A stretch of 63,937 nt of DNA, counting the filler, from Octopus bimaculoides (Eukaryota), in assembly GCF_001194135.2 (NCBI RefSeq). It is 6 parts of 6 records of this genome, joined end to end, with 100 filler letters (N's around TTAATTAATTAA, not from the genome) between each part and the next. Parts side by side here need not be neighbours in the genome. Positions count along the whole stretch, not along the records: positions 1 to 13,463 come from NC_068982.1; 5 more parts are not named here. One strand, given 5' to 3'. Position 1 is the stretch's first letter. The number at the start of each line of letters is the position of its first letter. The notes beneath the pieces are model-generated. The model saw only the letters and a program-made list of their open reading frames with translations, was not told the DNA's origin and searched no databases. Positions 1-11,930 of the stretch are shown piece after piece. Made by a program: the position numbers and the translations under genes.

Positions 1-231
1 CGGGTGGCACATAAAAGACACCATTTTGAGCGTGGCCGTTTTCGTGTGGGTGACATGTAAAAGCACCCACTACACTCTCTGAGTGGTTGGCGTTAGGAAG
101 GGCATCCAGCTGTAGAAACTCTGCCAAATTAGATTGGAGCCTGGTGTTGCCATCCGGTTTCACCAGTCCTCAGTCAAATCGTCCAACCCATGCTAGCATG
201 GAAAGTGGACGTTAAACGATGATGATGATGA
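1..231 (+). mobile_element. 3' UTR/tail of an RTE-clade LINE (5'-truncated copy)
   Basis: Ends ...CCCATGCTAGCATGGAAAGTGGACGTTAAACGATGATGATG. The same sequence follows the RTE ORF C-terminus at 10817-11545 and recurs on the - strand at 8921, 11818 and 28113. Confidence 0.8.
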
Positions 232-356
232 TATACATGCATACATACTTACATACAAATATATATATATATATATTTGTATGTAAGTATGTATGCATGT
301 ATGCTTGTATGTATAGATAGATATAGATCTCTATATCCATATCTGTATATATATCT

Positions 357-715
357 CCATGAGAAGATTAAGAGAAGGCTTAGAAGGAATGAACCCGTGG
401 AAAATGCGGGAGTCTTGCTTTTTGTGTGTGTGATTTGCGGGAGGAAATGCTTGAGTCATGCAGGCCTGGTCAGCCATCAGACAACTCAGGAACCAATCCC
501 TTATAAATTGTGATACGGCTTTGGTTCACAACAGAACATATGCAACCTGTGGTGAGGTGTGCCTCTCAGTTGGAGGACTGAAGAGGCATGTCAGATGAGT
601 TCCTACTGTGGCACCTGTTCCTTCTGCCAGCCAACACAGCTGTGAATTATGCAATAGAATGTGCAAACCTTTGGCCAGGCTCAAGGGTCGTACAAGGGAC
701 TCACATTACATCAAC
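357..715 (+). pseudogene. Degenerate LINE-type ORF C-terminus with three C2H2-like zinc fingers
   Basis: Manual translation: KRRLR..FVCVICGRKCLSHAGLVSHQ (421-486), (Y)ATCGEVCLSVGGLKRHVR* (539-598), SCELCNRMCKPLARLKGR (638-691). The CxxCGRxCxSxxGLxxH pattern is typical of RTE/BovB-like ORF ends. Frameshift and stop are present. Confidence 0.55.
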
Positions 716-779
716 AATGACTTATTTCTTTGATTCTTTCTTGCAATGGCTTTGCTTGTATACGAGAAAGCAGCTAAGA

Positions 780-801
780 TACATACATATACATACATAC
801 A

Positions 802-861
<60 letters not shown>
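780..861. repeat. (TACA)n/(TA)n microsatellite at a gap edge; representative of dozens of (TA)n, (CA)n, (TACA)n, (TAGA)n and (GA)n tracts across the window
   Basis: Directly visible. Most large N gaps are flanked by such tracts. Confidence 0.95.
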
Positions 862-1704
862 NNNNNNNNNNNNNNNNNNNNNNNNNNNNNNNNNNNNNNN
901 NNNNNNNNNNNNNNNNNNNNNNNNNNNNNNNNNNNNNNNNNNNNNNNNNNNNNNNNNNNNNNNNNNNNNNNNNNNNNNNNNNNNNNNNNNNNNNNNNNNN
1001 NNNNNNNNNNNNNNNNNNNNNNNNNNNNNNNNNNNNNNNNNNNNNNNNNNNNNNNNNNNNNNNNNNNNNNNNNNNNNNNNNNNNNNNNNNNNNNNNNNNN
1101 NNNNNNNNNNNNNNNNNNNNNNNNNNNNNNNNNNNNNNNNNNNNNNNNNNNNNNNNNNNNNNNNNNNNNNNNNNNNNNNNNNNNNNNNNNNNNNNNNNNN
1201 NNNNNNNNNNNNNNNNNNNNNNNNNNNNNNNNNNNNNNNNNNNNNNNNNNNNNNNNNNNNNNNNNNNNNNNNNNNNNNNNNNNNNNNNNNNNNNNNNNNN
1301 NNNNNNNNNNNNNNNNNNNNNNNNNNNNNNNNNNNNNNNNNNNNNNNNNNNNNNNNNNNNNNNNNNNNNNNNNNNNNNNNNNNNNNNNNNNNNNNNNNNN
1401 NNNNNNNNNNNNNNNNNNNNNNNNNNNNNNNNNNNNNNNNNNNNNNNNNNNNNNNNNNNNNNNNNNNNNNNNNNNNNNNNNNNNNNNNNNNNNNNNNNNN
1501 NNNNNNNNNNNNNNNNNNNNNNNNNNNNNNNNNNNNNNNNNNNNNNNNNNNNNNNNNNNNNNNNNNNNNNNNNNNNNNNNNNNNNNNNNNNNNNNNNNNN
1601 NNNNNNNNNNNNNNNNNNNNNNNNNNNNNNNNNNNNNNNNNNNNNNNNNNNNNNNNNNNNNNNNNNNNNNNNNNNNNNNNNNNNNNNNNNNNNNNNNNNN
1701 NNNN

Positions 1705-1741
<37 letters not shown>

Positions 1742-1744
1742 ATA

Positions 1745-1909
1745 TACGATGGGCTTCTTTCAGTTTCCGCCTACCAAATCCACTCACAAGACTTTGGTTG
1801 GCCTGAGGCTATAGTAGAAGACACTTACCCAAGGTGCCACACAATGGAACCGAACCCAGAACCATGTCGTTAGGAAGCAAGCTACTTACCACACATTCAA
1901 GCCTGTGCC
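1745..1909 (-). mobile_element. tRNA-derived SINE, family A, head module
   Basis: Reverse strand reads TGTGTGGTAAGTAGCTTGC..GGTTCGGTTCC..GGCACCTTGGGTAAGTGTCTT..GAAACTGAAAGAAGCCC, with A/B-box-like motifs and a CORE-like CCTTGGGCAAGT motif. The same head is at 9583, 24915, 35205, 55861, 58435 and 63115. Confidence 0.8.
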
Positions 1910-2057
1910 TATGTATATAATTCTTCTATATGGCAGGTTTGATAATTGCTAAGAGATTTCTCTCTACATGAAACCATTGGTAGCCTTGTTAACCCACAAA
2001 TAAACAATATTTATTCACCAATACAGTGTTGAACACTCATTCTCATTGTTCAATCGT

Positions 2058-2140
<83 letters not shown>

Positions 2141-2143
2141 CAC

Positions 2144-2174
<31 letters not shown>

Positions 2175-2503
2175 AGTGTGTGTGTGTATGTATGTATGTA
2201 TGTATATGTATATATATGTATATACTATGTATGTATATATACATGCCAGGTTCAGCCCATGCCTGCATAGAAGGCAGACATTAAATGAGCAAGATGGTGA
2301 TGATGATGATAATATCAAATGATAATGACAATGACGATGATGATGATGATAAACCATATTATTGGTGACTCAGCTTTCCAGTCGATTTTTCTTCTCCACT
2401 TGTGTCCTTGAAATGGGAGCCACTTGGGTGAATTTGGATCTTTGGCAAGACAAGAAATTACATGTATAAGAGGATGGTTTCGGTCACTGGGACATGTCAA
2501 AGA

Positions 2504-2542
<39 letters not shown>

Positions 2543-2557
2543 CATACATATGTATAT

Positions 2558-4330
2558 TAGGGTCATGGCTTTTTCACAACCTAATAACCCTATTCGATGA
2601 ATAATTTTATAAAAGTCAGGAAACTAATATTTATTTTGCTTTATTTGAAAAAAATGTTACCCCTAACTTAAGAAATCGATCACCACTTTTGATCCTAATC
2701 ATGCAAAATTCTGCTCAAGTTTTTACCAAACTTGGTGTGCTGACTCAATGCAATGCAGAAATAGTCTATCTGAAATTTCGTCTTTCTAGTAGAAGTAGTT
2801 TCGGAGTTATGGGCTTTTAAAACTATAATCACTAAATTAGCACTAGATTCACACTTCAGTATTTCCACTGCCTAAATCCTTGTAAACGCAAGAGAGATGT
2901 GGAATAAAAGTGTATTTATACATTTTCAAGATTACTGAATTGAAATTGCCCTATGCAAATGTTCAAAACTAGGCCATTTTAAGACAGAAGCCACTACAAG
3001 TATTCGATAACATACAAAATTAAAAACAATATATATTTTTAACTTTATAGGTTTAATTCCAATTTTAACTAACTGTATAAGAAAAAAGGTGCTGAATGTT
3101 AGCAAATTTTTAAACATAAAGAATTAATATGCATTCTTCATCATTTAACATCCATGTTCCATGCTANNNNNNNNNNNNNNNNNNNNNNNNNNNNNNNNNN
3201 NNNNNNNNNNNNNNNNNNNNNNNNNNNNNNNNNNNNNNNNNNNNNNNNNNNNNNNNNNNNNNNNNNNNNNNNNNNNNNNNNNNNNNNNNNNNNNNNNNNN
3301 NNNNNNNNNNNNNNNNNNNNNNNNNNNNNNNNNNNNNNNNNNNNNNNNNNNNNNNNNNNNNNNNNNNNNNNNNNNNNNNNNNNNNNNNNNNNNNNNNNNN
3401 NNNNNNNNNNNNNNNNNNNNNNNNNNNNNNNNNNNNNNNNNNNNNNNNNNNNNNNNNNNNNNNNNNNNNNNNNNNNNNNNNNNNNNNNNNNNNNNNNNNN
3501 NNNNNNNNNNNNNNNNTATAGATTTCAATGCTTTTTTATGAACTTGCAGGCTACCACATAACTTCTGATAATCATGTGCATTGAACATTTGGTCAGTAAA
3601 CCAACGATCTGCCCAGCTGTAAGAGATGAATCAACAAACATTGAGAAGCAAAACTCTTTTCTCTGGTAGAAGATTAAATGCCAAAAGAGCTAGTATTGCT
3701 TGAGAATTCCATCTTGCATTACTTAAGTTGGGTATTTCTTGAAATTTTACAGTAGAAAATTTTCCGGTTTCTTCAAAGAAACGTAAAACTCTGGTCAAAT
3801 GAAATAGAAATTTCATGTCATCTCGCCATCCTGCTGATTCAGTTATCTTTTCTTCACCATCATTGAAATTAGCCTGGAGTTTCTCAATTACTTACAAGCT
3901 CTGGGATGAATGTATATTCAGTATTGGGAGATGATTATTTTTCTTCAAGTTTGTGATCCATTATAACATGAAGAACTCTATCAAGGATATGATGCTGACA
4001 ACCAATAAATTGCAGTTCTTTCAAACCCTTTTGAGCAAACAGTCTTTGCAACTGAATGACAATGCCATTTCTTTTCCCAGTGTTCACACTCATTATATTA
4101 GTGATAATCATCTTTACACAGTTCCATAAATTGTATTCATGTGAAACAGCTGTTATTCCTTCCACAACAGTATCAGCTTTTCCATTTGGTAATTGGAGAG
4201 TTTCTAACTTAACTTCTCTCTGTTCATTCTTTAAAACTAGCACTTGGTATTCTTGGTCATCAATATGTTTACCATCAAAATGCAATGACAAGTTTTCTAA
4301 ATGTAATGTTTTCTTCATTTTCTGTTTTTA
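2558..4330 (-). mobile_element. hATm-like DNA transposon remnant: one end plus disrupted transposase
   Basis: Minus-strand peptides LSLHFDGK, (D>N)IMSVNTGKRNG, IGCQHHILD (CxxH), GWRDDMKFL and LSNARWNS match the hAT/hATm motif order. The terminus TAGGGTC at 2558 resembles the TAGGGTG ends of hATm. Frameshifts and an N gap are present. Confidence 0.7.
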
Positions 4331-4469
4331 GTGCCTATGTAATCGCGAGCATAAAATCAAGAGCACAACTAGAATATGACAGTTGAAAGGACAAATGGTT
4401 TCACCAGCACTCTTTGACAGTTAAATAGACTGGAGCATCATAAAATAAAGAATCATGTCTAAGGATACA

Positions 4470-4545
4470 ATACATCACCCGGTCTAGGTATCGAACCCAT
4501 ACTGTTACGATCGCGAGGCGAACACCCCGAACCACTAGGCCACAC
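4470..4545 (-). mobile_element. tRNA-derived SINE head (family D, related to 36140-36415)
   Basis: Reverse strand GTGTGGCCTAGTGGTT..GGGTTCGATACCTAGACCGGG gives A and B boxes. Confidence 0.6.
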
Positions 4546-5427
4546 ATTTCATTGGTAGGTGAAGCAGCACGTGAAAATAGGTTTAACCATTCACTTTATT
4601 GAGTTTTGTTTCTCCCGTTTTGTGTTACTTATCTTTGGTGTTGCTATAAAATAGAGTCCGAAATTATTTTGTGCACAGAAAAATTTAAAAAAGCATCTTT
4701 ATTGAATGTATATATTTTAAGCCTCTTAGATTACGATCCTCTAAAACGTTTATGGGTCGTGGTGTTTTCCATCGGATTTTACCGTTATTTTTTAGTTACG
4801 ATCCCCCATCCAGGTTTATGTTTAAAAGCAATTACGAATATTTATGAGGAATCACAATCTCAAANNNNNNNNNNNNNNNNNNNNNNNNNNNNNNNNNNNN
4901 NNNNNNNNNNNNNNNNNNNNNNNNNNNNNNNNNNNNNNNNNNNNNNNNNNNNNNNNNNNNNNNNNNNNNNNNNNNNNNNNNNNNNNNNNNNNNNNNNNNN
5001 NNNNNNNNNNNNNNNNNNNNNNNNNNNNNNNNNNNNNNNNNNNNNNNNNNNNNNNNNNNNNNNNNNNNNNNNNNNNNNNNNNNNNNNNNNNNNNNNNNNN
5101 NNNNNNNNNNNNNNNNNNNNNNNNNNNNNNNNNNNNNNNNNNNNNNNNNNNNNNNNNNNNNNNNNNNNNNNNNNNNNNNNNNNNNNNNNNNNNNNNNNNN
5201 NNNNNNNNNNNNNNNNNNNNNNNNNNNNNNNNNNNNNNNNNNNNNNNNNNNNNNNNNNNNNNNNNNNNNNNNNNNNNNNNNNNNNNNNNNNNNNNNNNNN
5301 NNNNNNNNNNNNNNNNNNNNNNNNNNNNNNNNNNNNNNNNNNNNNNNNNNNNNNNNNNNNNNNNNNNNNNNNNNNNNNNNNNNNNNNNNNNNNNNNNNNN
5401 NNNNNNNNNNNNATAAAAGACTAACAG

Positions 5428-6191
5428 CGTGTCTAATATTAATATGCATCGTATGTCATTTTTTCCCGCGAATTAATATATTCTTTTTCATTATTTTACG
5501 GAGAATTTATTAGGAAATTATGGATGACGACCAGCAGACAATAGAAATTTTCGAGAAAATGAAATTGTTCGTTTTTCCCTTCAAGTATTTGATAGAAAGC
5601 CATCATGAAATTAATGAATGCTGACAAAACTGTGGTGAAGCCATTGCAAAGATGGTCAGCAAGACATCTCGGCCATCAGCAAGCAGACACTGAGAACAGT
5701 AAATTGAAATTGGGAAGAAAGTGCTGAAATAACATTTATTAGAAACAAGCGAAGAATACGATAGTTATTTGTCTACAATACAGCAGGCATCAATGGCATC
5801 GGCAACTGTACATAATTGTACGATTAGCTCCATCGTCTGATATATTTTGACAAAGATGTCTGCAATGTTAAAATGGCGGACATGTTGGAACTTTCTTTAA
5901 TCACGTCTTTTTTTTGTTTTTGCATAGATATTATTGAATGTAAATTAGTTTTAAAGAAGTTTATTGTTCTTTTATTGCATCACATGATTTATGAAGATGA
6001 AGTTTTGGTATTTTGGTTAAAGGCTGTGGCGTGATATTGGAAGTTTTAACTAATTGCTGAAACCCCATAAATTTGAAAAGAATTTTGAGACGAAGCGAAT
6101 ATTTTGTTGAAAATAAAAAGTTTATATTTGAATGAAAGAAAGAAATGAAACCCCTGTTAAACGTGTTTAATATGGGTCTGTATTAGACACG
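5428..6191. mobile_element. Putative non-autonomous DNA element bounded by 11-bp inverted repeats
   Basis: CGTGTCTAATA at 5428, CGTGTTTAATA at 6162 and the reverse complement TATTAGACACG at 6181. The interior has only weak coding-like remnants and the family is unassigned. Confidence 0.35.
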
Positions 6192-6382
6192 GAGATGATC
6201 TGTGAGGGTGTTTGTTATCGTTTCGAGATGTCTTAAAGAACGAGTGATCTCGGCAATAAAAACCGAATTTTCAGTAAGAGGAGTTGATTGATGCAAATAA
6301 AGATGAATAACTTACAAGTTATGTGCAACACCACGAACAAAAATAAATAATGCGAGAGCACCTTCTATAAACCTGTTTTCAG

Positions 6383-6700
6383 CTTCAACCATTGGAAATG
6401 ACGTGGTGTAACTACACTTTGGTGCCCCACCAACTTCGTTTCCTCCTAATTTTCTGATGAATATTTTTAAATGAAATTTTCGGAAATTCATTTTCGCAAT
6501 GTAGACATCATAGACAAAAAAAGTTGATGCAAAAGGTCATTTTATTCTACACAACCGTTAACCACTTCAACAACTAGAAATAATGTGGTACAACTACAGT
6601 TTGGTGCCTCAACTTTGTTTCCATCCTAACTCTGAAAAATCTTGATTTTTTTTTTTTTTCTATGAAATTTTGCAGTTATGTTTCCTAGAATGTAATTTAT
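6383..6700. repeat. Diverged ~182-bp tandem duplication
   Basis: CTTCAACCATTGGAAATGACGTGGTGTAACTACACTTTGGTGCC (6383) vs CTTCAACAACTAGAAATAATGTGGTACAACTACAGTTTGGTGCC (6565). Confidence 0.65.
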
Positions 6701-7141
6701 AATTGTTAACATTGAAATACTTTTGGTCAGTTTCAAATCATTCGCTCCCACCCCCTCTCGACTTTTCTTCCTCGCATACTTAGAAATAAATTTTTGTGAG
6801 TCTGGACAACTTAGAGTTGATGTTTCAAACACAAATCTGAAAGAATTTCCAACAACAAATTGGAAAATGCTAAAATTACAGGCATTGATGGTGACAAAGT
6901 CGAAGAAGAGATGAAAGGATGACCCGAAACTCTCCCCCCACTCCTTGCCACCCAATATTCTAAATTTTATCAATACAATCATTATCTACTCCTTCGATAG
7001 TGCATTTCTACAAAATTACATTAAAATATATATTCAGAAAGTTATGACGGAACAAAGTCAAACGGTAAAGTCTTTTTCCAGTAGGAATTAATCTGGAACT
7101 GATGTTTCAGAAATACTTGGATATTATCAAAGATTTTGCAG

Positions 7142-7174
<33 letters not shown>

Positions 7175-7261
7175 ATATTAAAGTTTCCTACCTTTTTTGT
7201 TTCAATTGGAAAAAAAAATTGCATTAATAATGTTTGAAATGGGAATTAGATTCGATAATGA

Positions 7262-8233
7262 CCGATATTCAAATTAAGTTTATGAAGTCAAGATCTCTCC
7301 ATAGACTTTTCAGTGACTTTTGTCGCTCAATTAAATCTAAATATGATTCAGAGCTGAGATGGTTATTTTGCAGAAAGGCTCCGTGACGACTAAAGAATAA
7401 TTCTAAAGAACTTGGAAATTATTCAGATTCCCAGTAAATTAGATTATCTTTCTGATATTTTTCTTGAATTGATTGACTTATTAAATTTGTCTCTCCAAGA
7501 TGGTGATGAAAGAATTTGTTTAATGGAAGAACTGTGTTTTAAATAAACTCAAAATTGCTTGGAGAAAGTAAAAATGGAGCTAAAGGAAAATAACATCATC
7601 TTTTCCAGCATTTTGTCTCTTGGCGGAAGAATGTTTTTAATGGCATAAAGAATATATTGTCATCTTGATGGATCTAAGGCTGCAATGCGGGAGAATACTT
7701 CTGGCTTCTTCCGTCTTCAAATGCAATTGGAATTGATACACTTGACTAATACCCGCATCCTAAAATTGCTGGCCTTGTGCCAAAATTTGAAGCCATTATT
7801 ATCTTATAGGATTTAGGAAAATTGAGAACAGAATTCTGTCACTAAATTCCAACAAGAAATACTGAGAAACAAGATTTCCATTCCGTGTTGACTTCAACCA
7901 TTTGTATGAAGAATTTGTCCACTGTCAAAAATTTAAAGTTTTTTGAAGTTTAAAAATGTTATTCTTGAATGAAAATGTGGAATAAAATTTATTTTGTTTG
8001 ACTGGAAAAGTGGAATTTTTGGAACAGAAGGAATTAAAGGGGCTTCTCTCTTTTGTTACACAACATTCCTCTTTTGTGAATCAGGGTTTAGAACCCTCAT
8101 AAGAACGGAAAGAAACCCTCTGAAAGTGAAAAATGATTTCAGAGAAGACTTATCAAAGATGAAAACCAAAGTAGAAGGACTTTCTAAATTTCTCCAGATT
8201 AAAGCTCCCATTAATGGAATTACAGTTTCATGA
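7262..8233 (+). mobile_element. Charlie/Buster/SPIN-type hAT transposase pseudogene (C-terminal half)
   Basis: Fragments KSRSLHRLFSDFC, ELRWL (EVRWLS motif), KLDYLSDIF..LNLSLQ and TTFLFCESGFRTL..RNPLKVKNDFREDLSK (hAT C-terminal dimerisation region). Many frameshifts. Confidence 0.8.
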
Positions 8234-8920
8234 AAGGTAAGTTGAAGAATTCTTAAGCATTACAGTAAAATTGGGGAAACGGTTGTGTACATACAGAGCT
8301 TGCAGAGTGACCAAGGTTCTGAGTTAGGAAACCTGGTTTCCAAAAACTAAATTACTAACATGCCATTTGTTCTGGGGGTATACAATCCATTATGCCATCT
8401 CCACCTACCCCATCTTCTGCTGTTTTATCCCCGCCTCATGCCTTTCTTTTTCTTTGTCTCCTTAGTAAAGCAGTTATGGTTTTTTTCTTGATAATTTTAT
8501 CTTTTATACTTTAAATGTTTTTTCTTTCCTTTCTTCCTATAAAAATGATTTTAATAAAAATGTTCTTTAATGTCAATATTTCTGTATTGTGCCAATAAGT
8601 GCAAACCAAATTCAAAAATGAAATATTACTAAATTTTGGTTTAAAAAAAAAATGGCTACACTTTTTCCATTTCTATTTGATTTCCTTTTCTATTTGATTT
8701 CTTAATGTAAACTTGTGTTGAAACAGATTTTGTTCTACCTTGGGAGGGTCATTATGCCAATAATAGATACACACACTGGTTCTATTTCACTTCTATTAGT
8801 TAACTTATCTGTAACTAATTAACTAATTGATTGTTTCATTAATCATTAGGTCAATTAAATCAATCAGCTAGGATCATTGGTCTTTTGTTGCTATTCATTA
8901 CTTCATCAGCCCTCTCTCTC

Positions 8921-9045
8921 ATCATCGTTTAACGTACGCTTTCCATGCTAGCATGGGTTGGACGATTTGACTGAGGACTGGCGAACCAAATGGCTGCACC
9001 AGGCTCCAATCTGATCTGGCAGAGTTTCTACAGCTGGATACCCTT
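8921..9045 (-). mobile_element. RTE LINE 3' tail, short truncated copy
   Basis: Reverse complement of the tail at 100-231. Confidence 0.8.
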
Positions 9046-9582
9046 ATATGTATATACATAATGTAGATAGTGTTAAAATCCAAGCTGTGTCCTCTTGAAG
9101 CACATTTCTTTAGCTCGATGTTATGTATAAAGAATGTGAGTCATCTTTCAGTTTCAAGTGCCATAATTTTTTCTCACTTTCAGCATCTAAAATCTTTAAT
9201 TCTTCCTCATAGTGCTCTCATAAAAAACACTCATTTAAAAAAAAAAAAAAAACTAATTTTTATTACAACTCTTTTACATTTTCCGAAACATCATCATCAT
9301 TTGACATCTGTTTTCTGTGCTGGCATTGGCTGGACGAAACCTGGTGCAATATTGTTGAAACTATTGTAGTTGTTGCAGTCATCTCTTAATGTTTTTCCTA
9401 AATATCTAAAACTATTCCTTATTTGGGCATCTTCCTTTCAAATACAGCAAATATTTTCTTTTATTTTTCTTATTTTTCTTCCTTCAGCACTTATTTACAT
9501 GGCTGTCTCAAAGTATGGACATAACGAGTCGTTGCCTGGAAACCCCATAGAAGCTCAATGCTAATCCATTATACATAGATAA

Positions 9583-9995
9583 GTGCAGGTGTGGCTGTGT
9601 GGTAAGAAGCTTGTTTACCAACCTCATGGTTCTGGGTTCAGTCCCACTGTATGGTACCTTGGGAAAGTGTCTTCTACTAGATCCTCAGACCAACCAAATT
9701 CTTGTGAGTGGATTTGGTAGACAGAAACTGAAAGAAGGCCATTGTATATATATATATATATATATANNNNNNNNNNATATATATACGTGTGTGTATATGT
9801 TTGTGTGTCTGTGTTTGTCACCCTACCATTGCCTGACAACCAATGTTAGTGTGTTTACATCCCTGTAAAAGAGACCAACAGAATAAGTACTAGGCTTACA
9901 AAGAATTAGTCCAGGTGTCAATTTGTTCGACTAAAGGTGGTGCTCCAGCATGGCCGCAGTCAAATGACTGAAACAAATAAAAGAATGAAAGAAAA
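9583..9995 (+). mobile_element. Full bipartite SINE family A: head + internal (TA)n/(TG)n + tail
   Basis: Head 9583-9745, microsatellite 9745-9805, tail ..GACAACCAATG..AGAGACC..GTACTAGGC..GTGCTCCAGCATGGCCGCAGTCAAATGACTGAAACAAATAAAAGAAT. Confidence 0.85.
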
Positions 9996-10624
9996 AAGAT
10001 ATGGTAGGCCTCCTGGAAGCAAAGATGAGGCGATAACGCTCTTGAGACGATTCCATATCTTCTTGAAGTTGCAACTTGTTGTTAGTTCTCTTCTACGTTC
10101 TTTATTTTATTCACTTGATAAATATAATCAACAATATGGAGGTTGCTGTTTTCTTTGGCTCTTTAATATTTTTTCAAAAGACTTTAGACTTTTTGTCAAG
10201 GTTTTCATATTTTAGTGTGTGTAAAGATTGTTGCCTCTCTGGAATTGCTTACCAAACTTTCAACTGGGCTTTCACTTTATTCTTCAATTATCTTCAAGTA
10301 TGTGGCACAAGCTCCGGAACGAAATTTGCTTAGAGGGTGCAAACCAAGGCCCCCAAATTTTTACAAATAAGGTCATGTTTTTTTTTTTTTATTTATGTTC
10401 ATTGAGAAGAAACCCGATTCAAGCTACTTTTTACAGATCCCGTTTTACTCACTGTTTTCCAAACCTGAGAAAAGTAAGTAGGGGATCGAATTTTGATTTT
10501 GCACTCCGCAAAAATTTTAGGGGTTGCACTTGCACCCCTTGTTCCTGGGCCCATGCTATACAGTGCTATTTCCTTCTCCCAAGTTGAATTTTATCAATAT
10601 CAACAACAATACTGTGAATAAAAG

Positions 10625-11762
10625 TGACAATAAACTAGGTGCTGCAATGGCTGGTATGGGTAAGAAGTCCTTCCCAACCACATGGTTTTGTGTTCAGTTC
10701 CACTGTGTGGTATGTTGGGAAAAATGTCTTCTTTTATAACCCTGGGCCAACCAAATCCTTCTGGGTGGATTTGATAAGCAAATTGAAACAAACTTGTTGG
10801 ATGCTGAAATCTCAAAGAGATGGTCATGTACTGCAGATGGATGAGGAGAGCTGTGTGAAGACGTGCCACTCCCAAACAGTAGAAGGAATCTGGGGTAGAG
10901 GGTGACCCACGAAGACATGGGATGAGGTGGTGAAGCACGACCATCAAATATTGTGCCTCACAGAGGCAATGACAAGAGACCAAGATCTTTGGAGATGTGT
11001 TGTGATTGAGAAGACCTGGCAAGTAAAGTGAATGCATGCAGCTGTGGCTGATACCAGTGTCGCATAACCGGCACATTTAAAAGTACCCTTGAATTATCAG
11101 GAGATACATTATGCTTGAGAAGACCCATTGAGTCAAGTAAAATCGTAATCATAGTTGGGGGCCGATGCCAGTGCCGCCTGACTTGCACCTGTGCTGGTGG
11201 CATGTAATAAGCACCATTCAAGCGTGGGTTGATGCCAGTGCCACCTGACTGGCTCCCTGTGCCAGTGGCACATAAAAGCCACCATCTAAATGTGGTTGAT
11301 GTCAGGGCTGCCTGATTGACTCCCATGCCAGTGGCGTGTAACAAAACACCCACTACACTCTCAGAATGGTTGGGCATCCATCTGTAGAAACATTGCCAGA
11401 TCAGATTGGAGCCTGGTGCAGCCTCCTGGCTTGCCAGTCCTCAGTCAAACCGTCAANNNNNNNNNNCCTCCTGGCTTGCCAGTCCTCAGTCAAACCGTCA
11501 AACCCATGCCAGCATGGAAAGTGGACGTTAAACGATGATGAGGATGATATATATGTATATATTTGTGTGTCTGTGTTTGTCCCCCCACCATCACTTGACA
11601 ACCAATGTCGGTGTGTTTACATTCCTGTAACTTGGTGGTTTGGTAAAAGAGACCGGTAGAATAAGTACTAGGCCTACAGAGAATAAGTCCTGGGGCCAGT
11701 TTGTTTGACTGAAGGCGGTACTCCAGCATGGCCACAGTAAAATGACAAAGAAATAAAAGAAA
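10625..11762 (+). mobile_element. Family A SINE interrupted by a 5'-truncated RTE LINE (10817-11545)
   Basis: SINE head 10625-10795. RTE C-terminus GHVLQMDEESCVKTCHSQTVEGIWGRG*PTKTWDEVVKHD..EAMTRDQDLWR..EKTWQVK* (stop 11029-11031). RTE 3' UTR to GATGATGAGGATGAT at 11545. SINE tail 11560-11762. Confidence 0.8.
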
Positions 11763-11817
11763 AAAATGAATATATGTATGTGTGTGTGTGTGTGTATGCA
11801 CACACACACACATATAT

Positions 11818-11930
11818 ATCATCATCATCATCATCATCGTTTAACGTCCGCTTTCCATGCTAGCATGGGTTGGACGATTTGACTGAGGACTGGTGAAACC
11901 GGATGGCAACACCAGGCTCCAGTCTGATTN
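11818..11930 (-). mobile_element. RTE LINE 3' tail, inverted relative to 11395-11545
   Basis: (CAT)n-CGTTTAACGTCCGCTTTCCATGCTAGCATGGG... Confidence 0.8.

Noticed and set aside
588-1873. Long ORFs of 300-400 aa in the track (also 31093-32193, 39544-40655, 54969-56129 and others)
   Set aside because: They consist of N gaps (X) plus microsatellite translations (YIYI, HTHT, CVCV), not genes.
10305-10556. Possible hAT MITE with GGGTGCAA motifs
   Set aside because: The TIR match is only about 10/15 and there is no 8-bp TSD, which is insufficient.
11421-11501. 35-bp direct repeat CCTCCTGGCTTGCCAGTCCTCAGTCAAACCGTCAA
   Set aside because: The copies flank a 10-N gap, typical of unmerged contig overlap.
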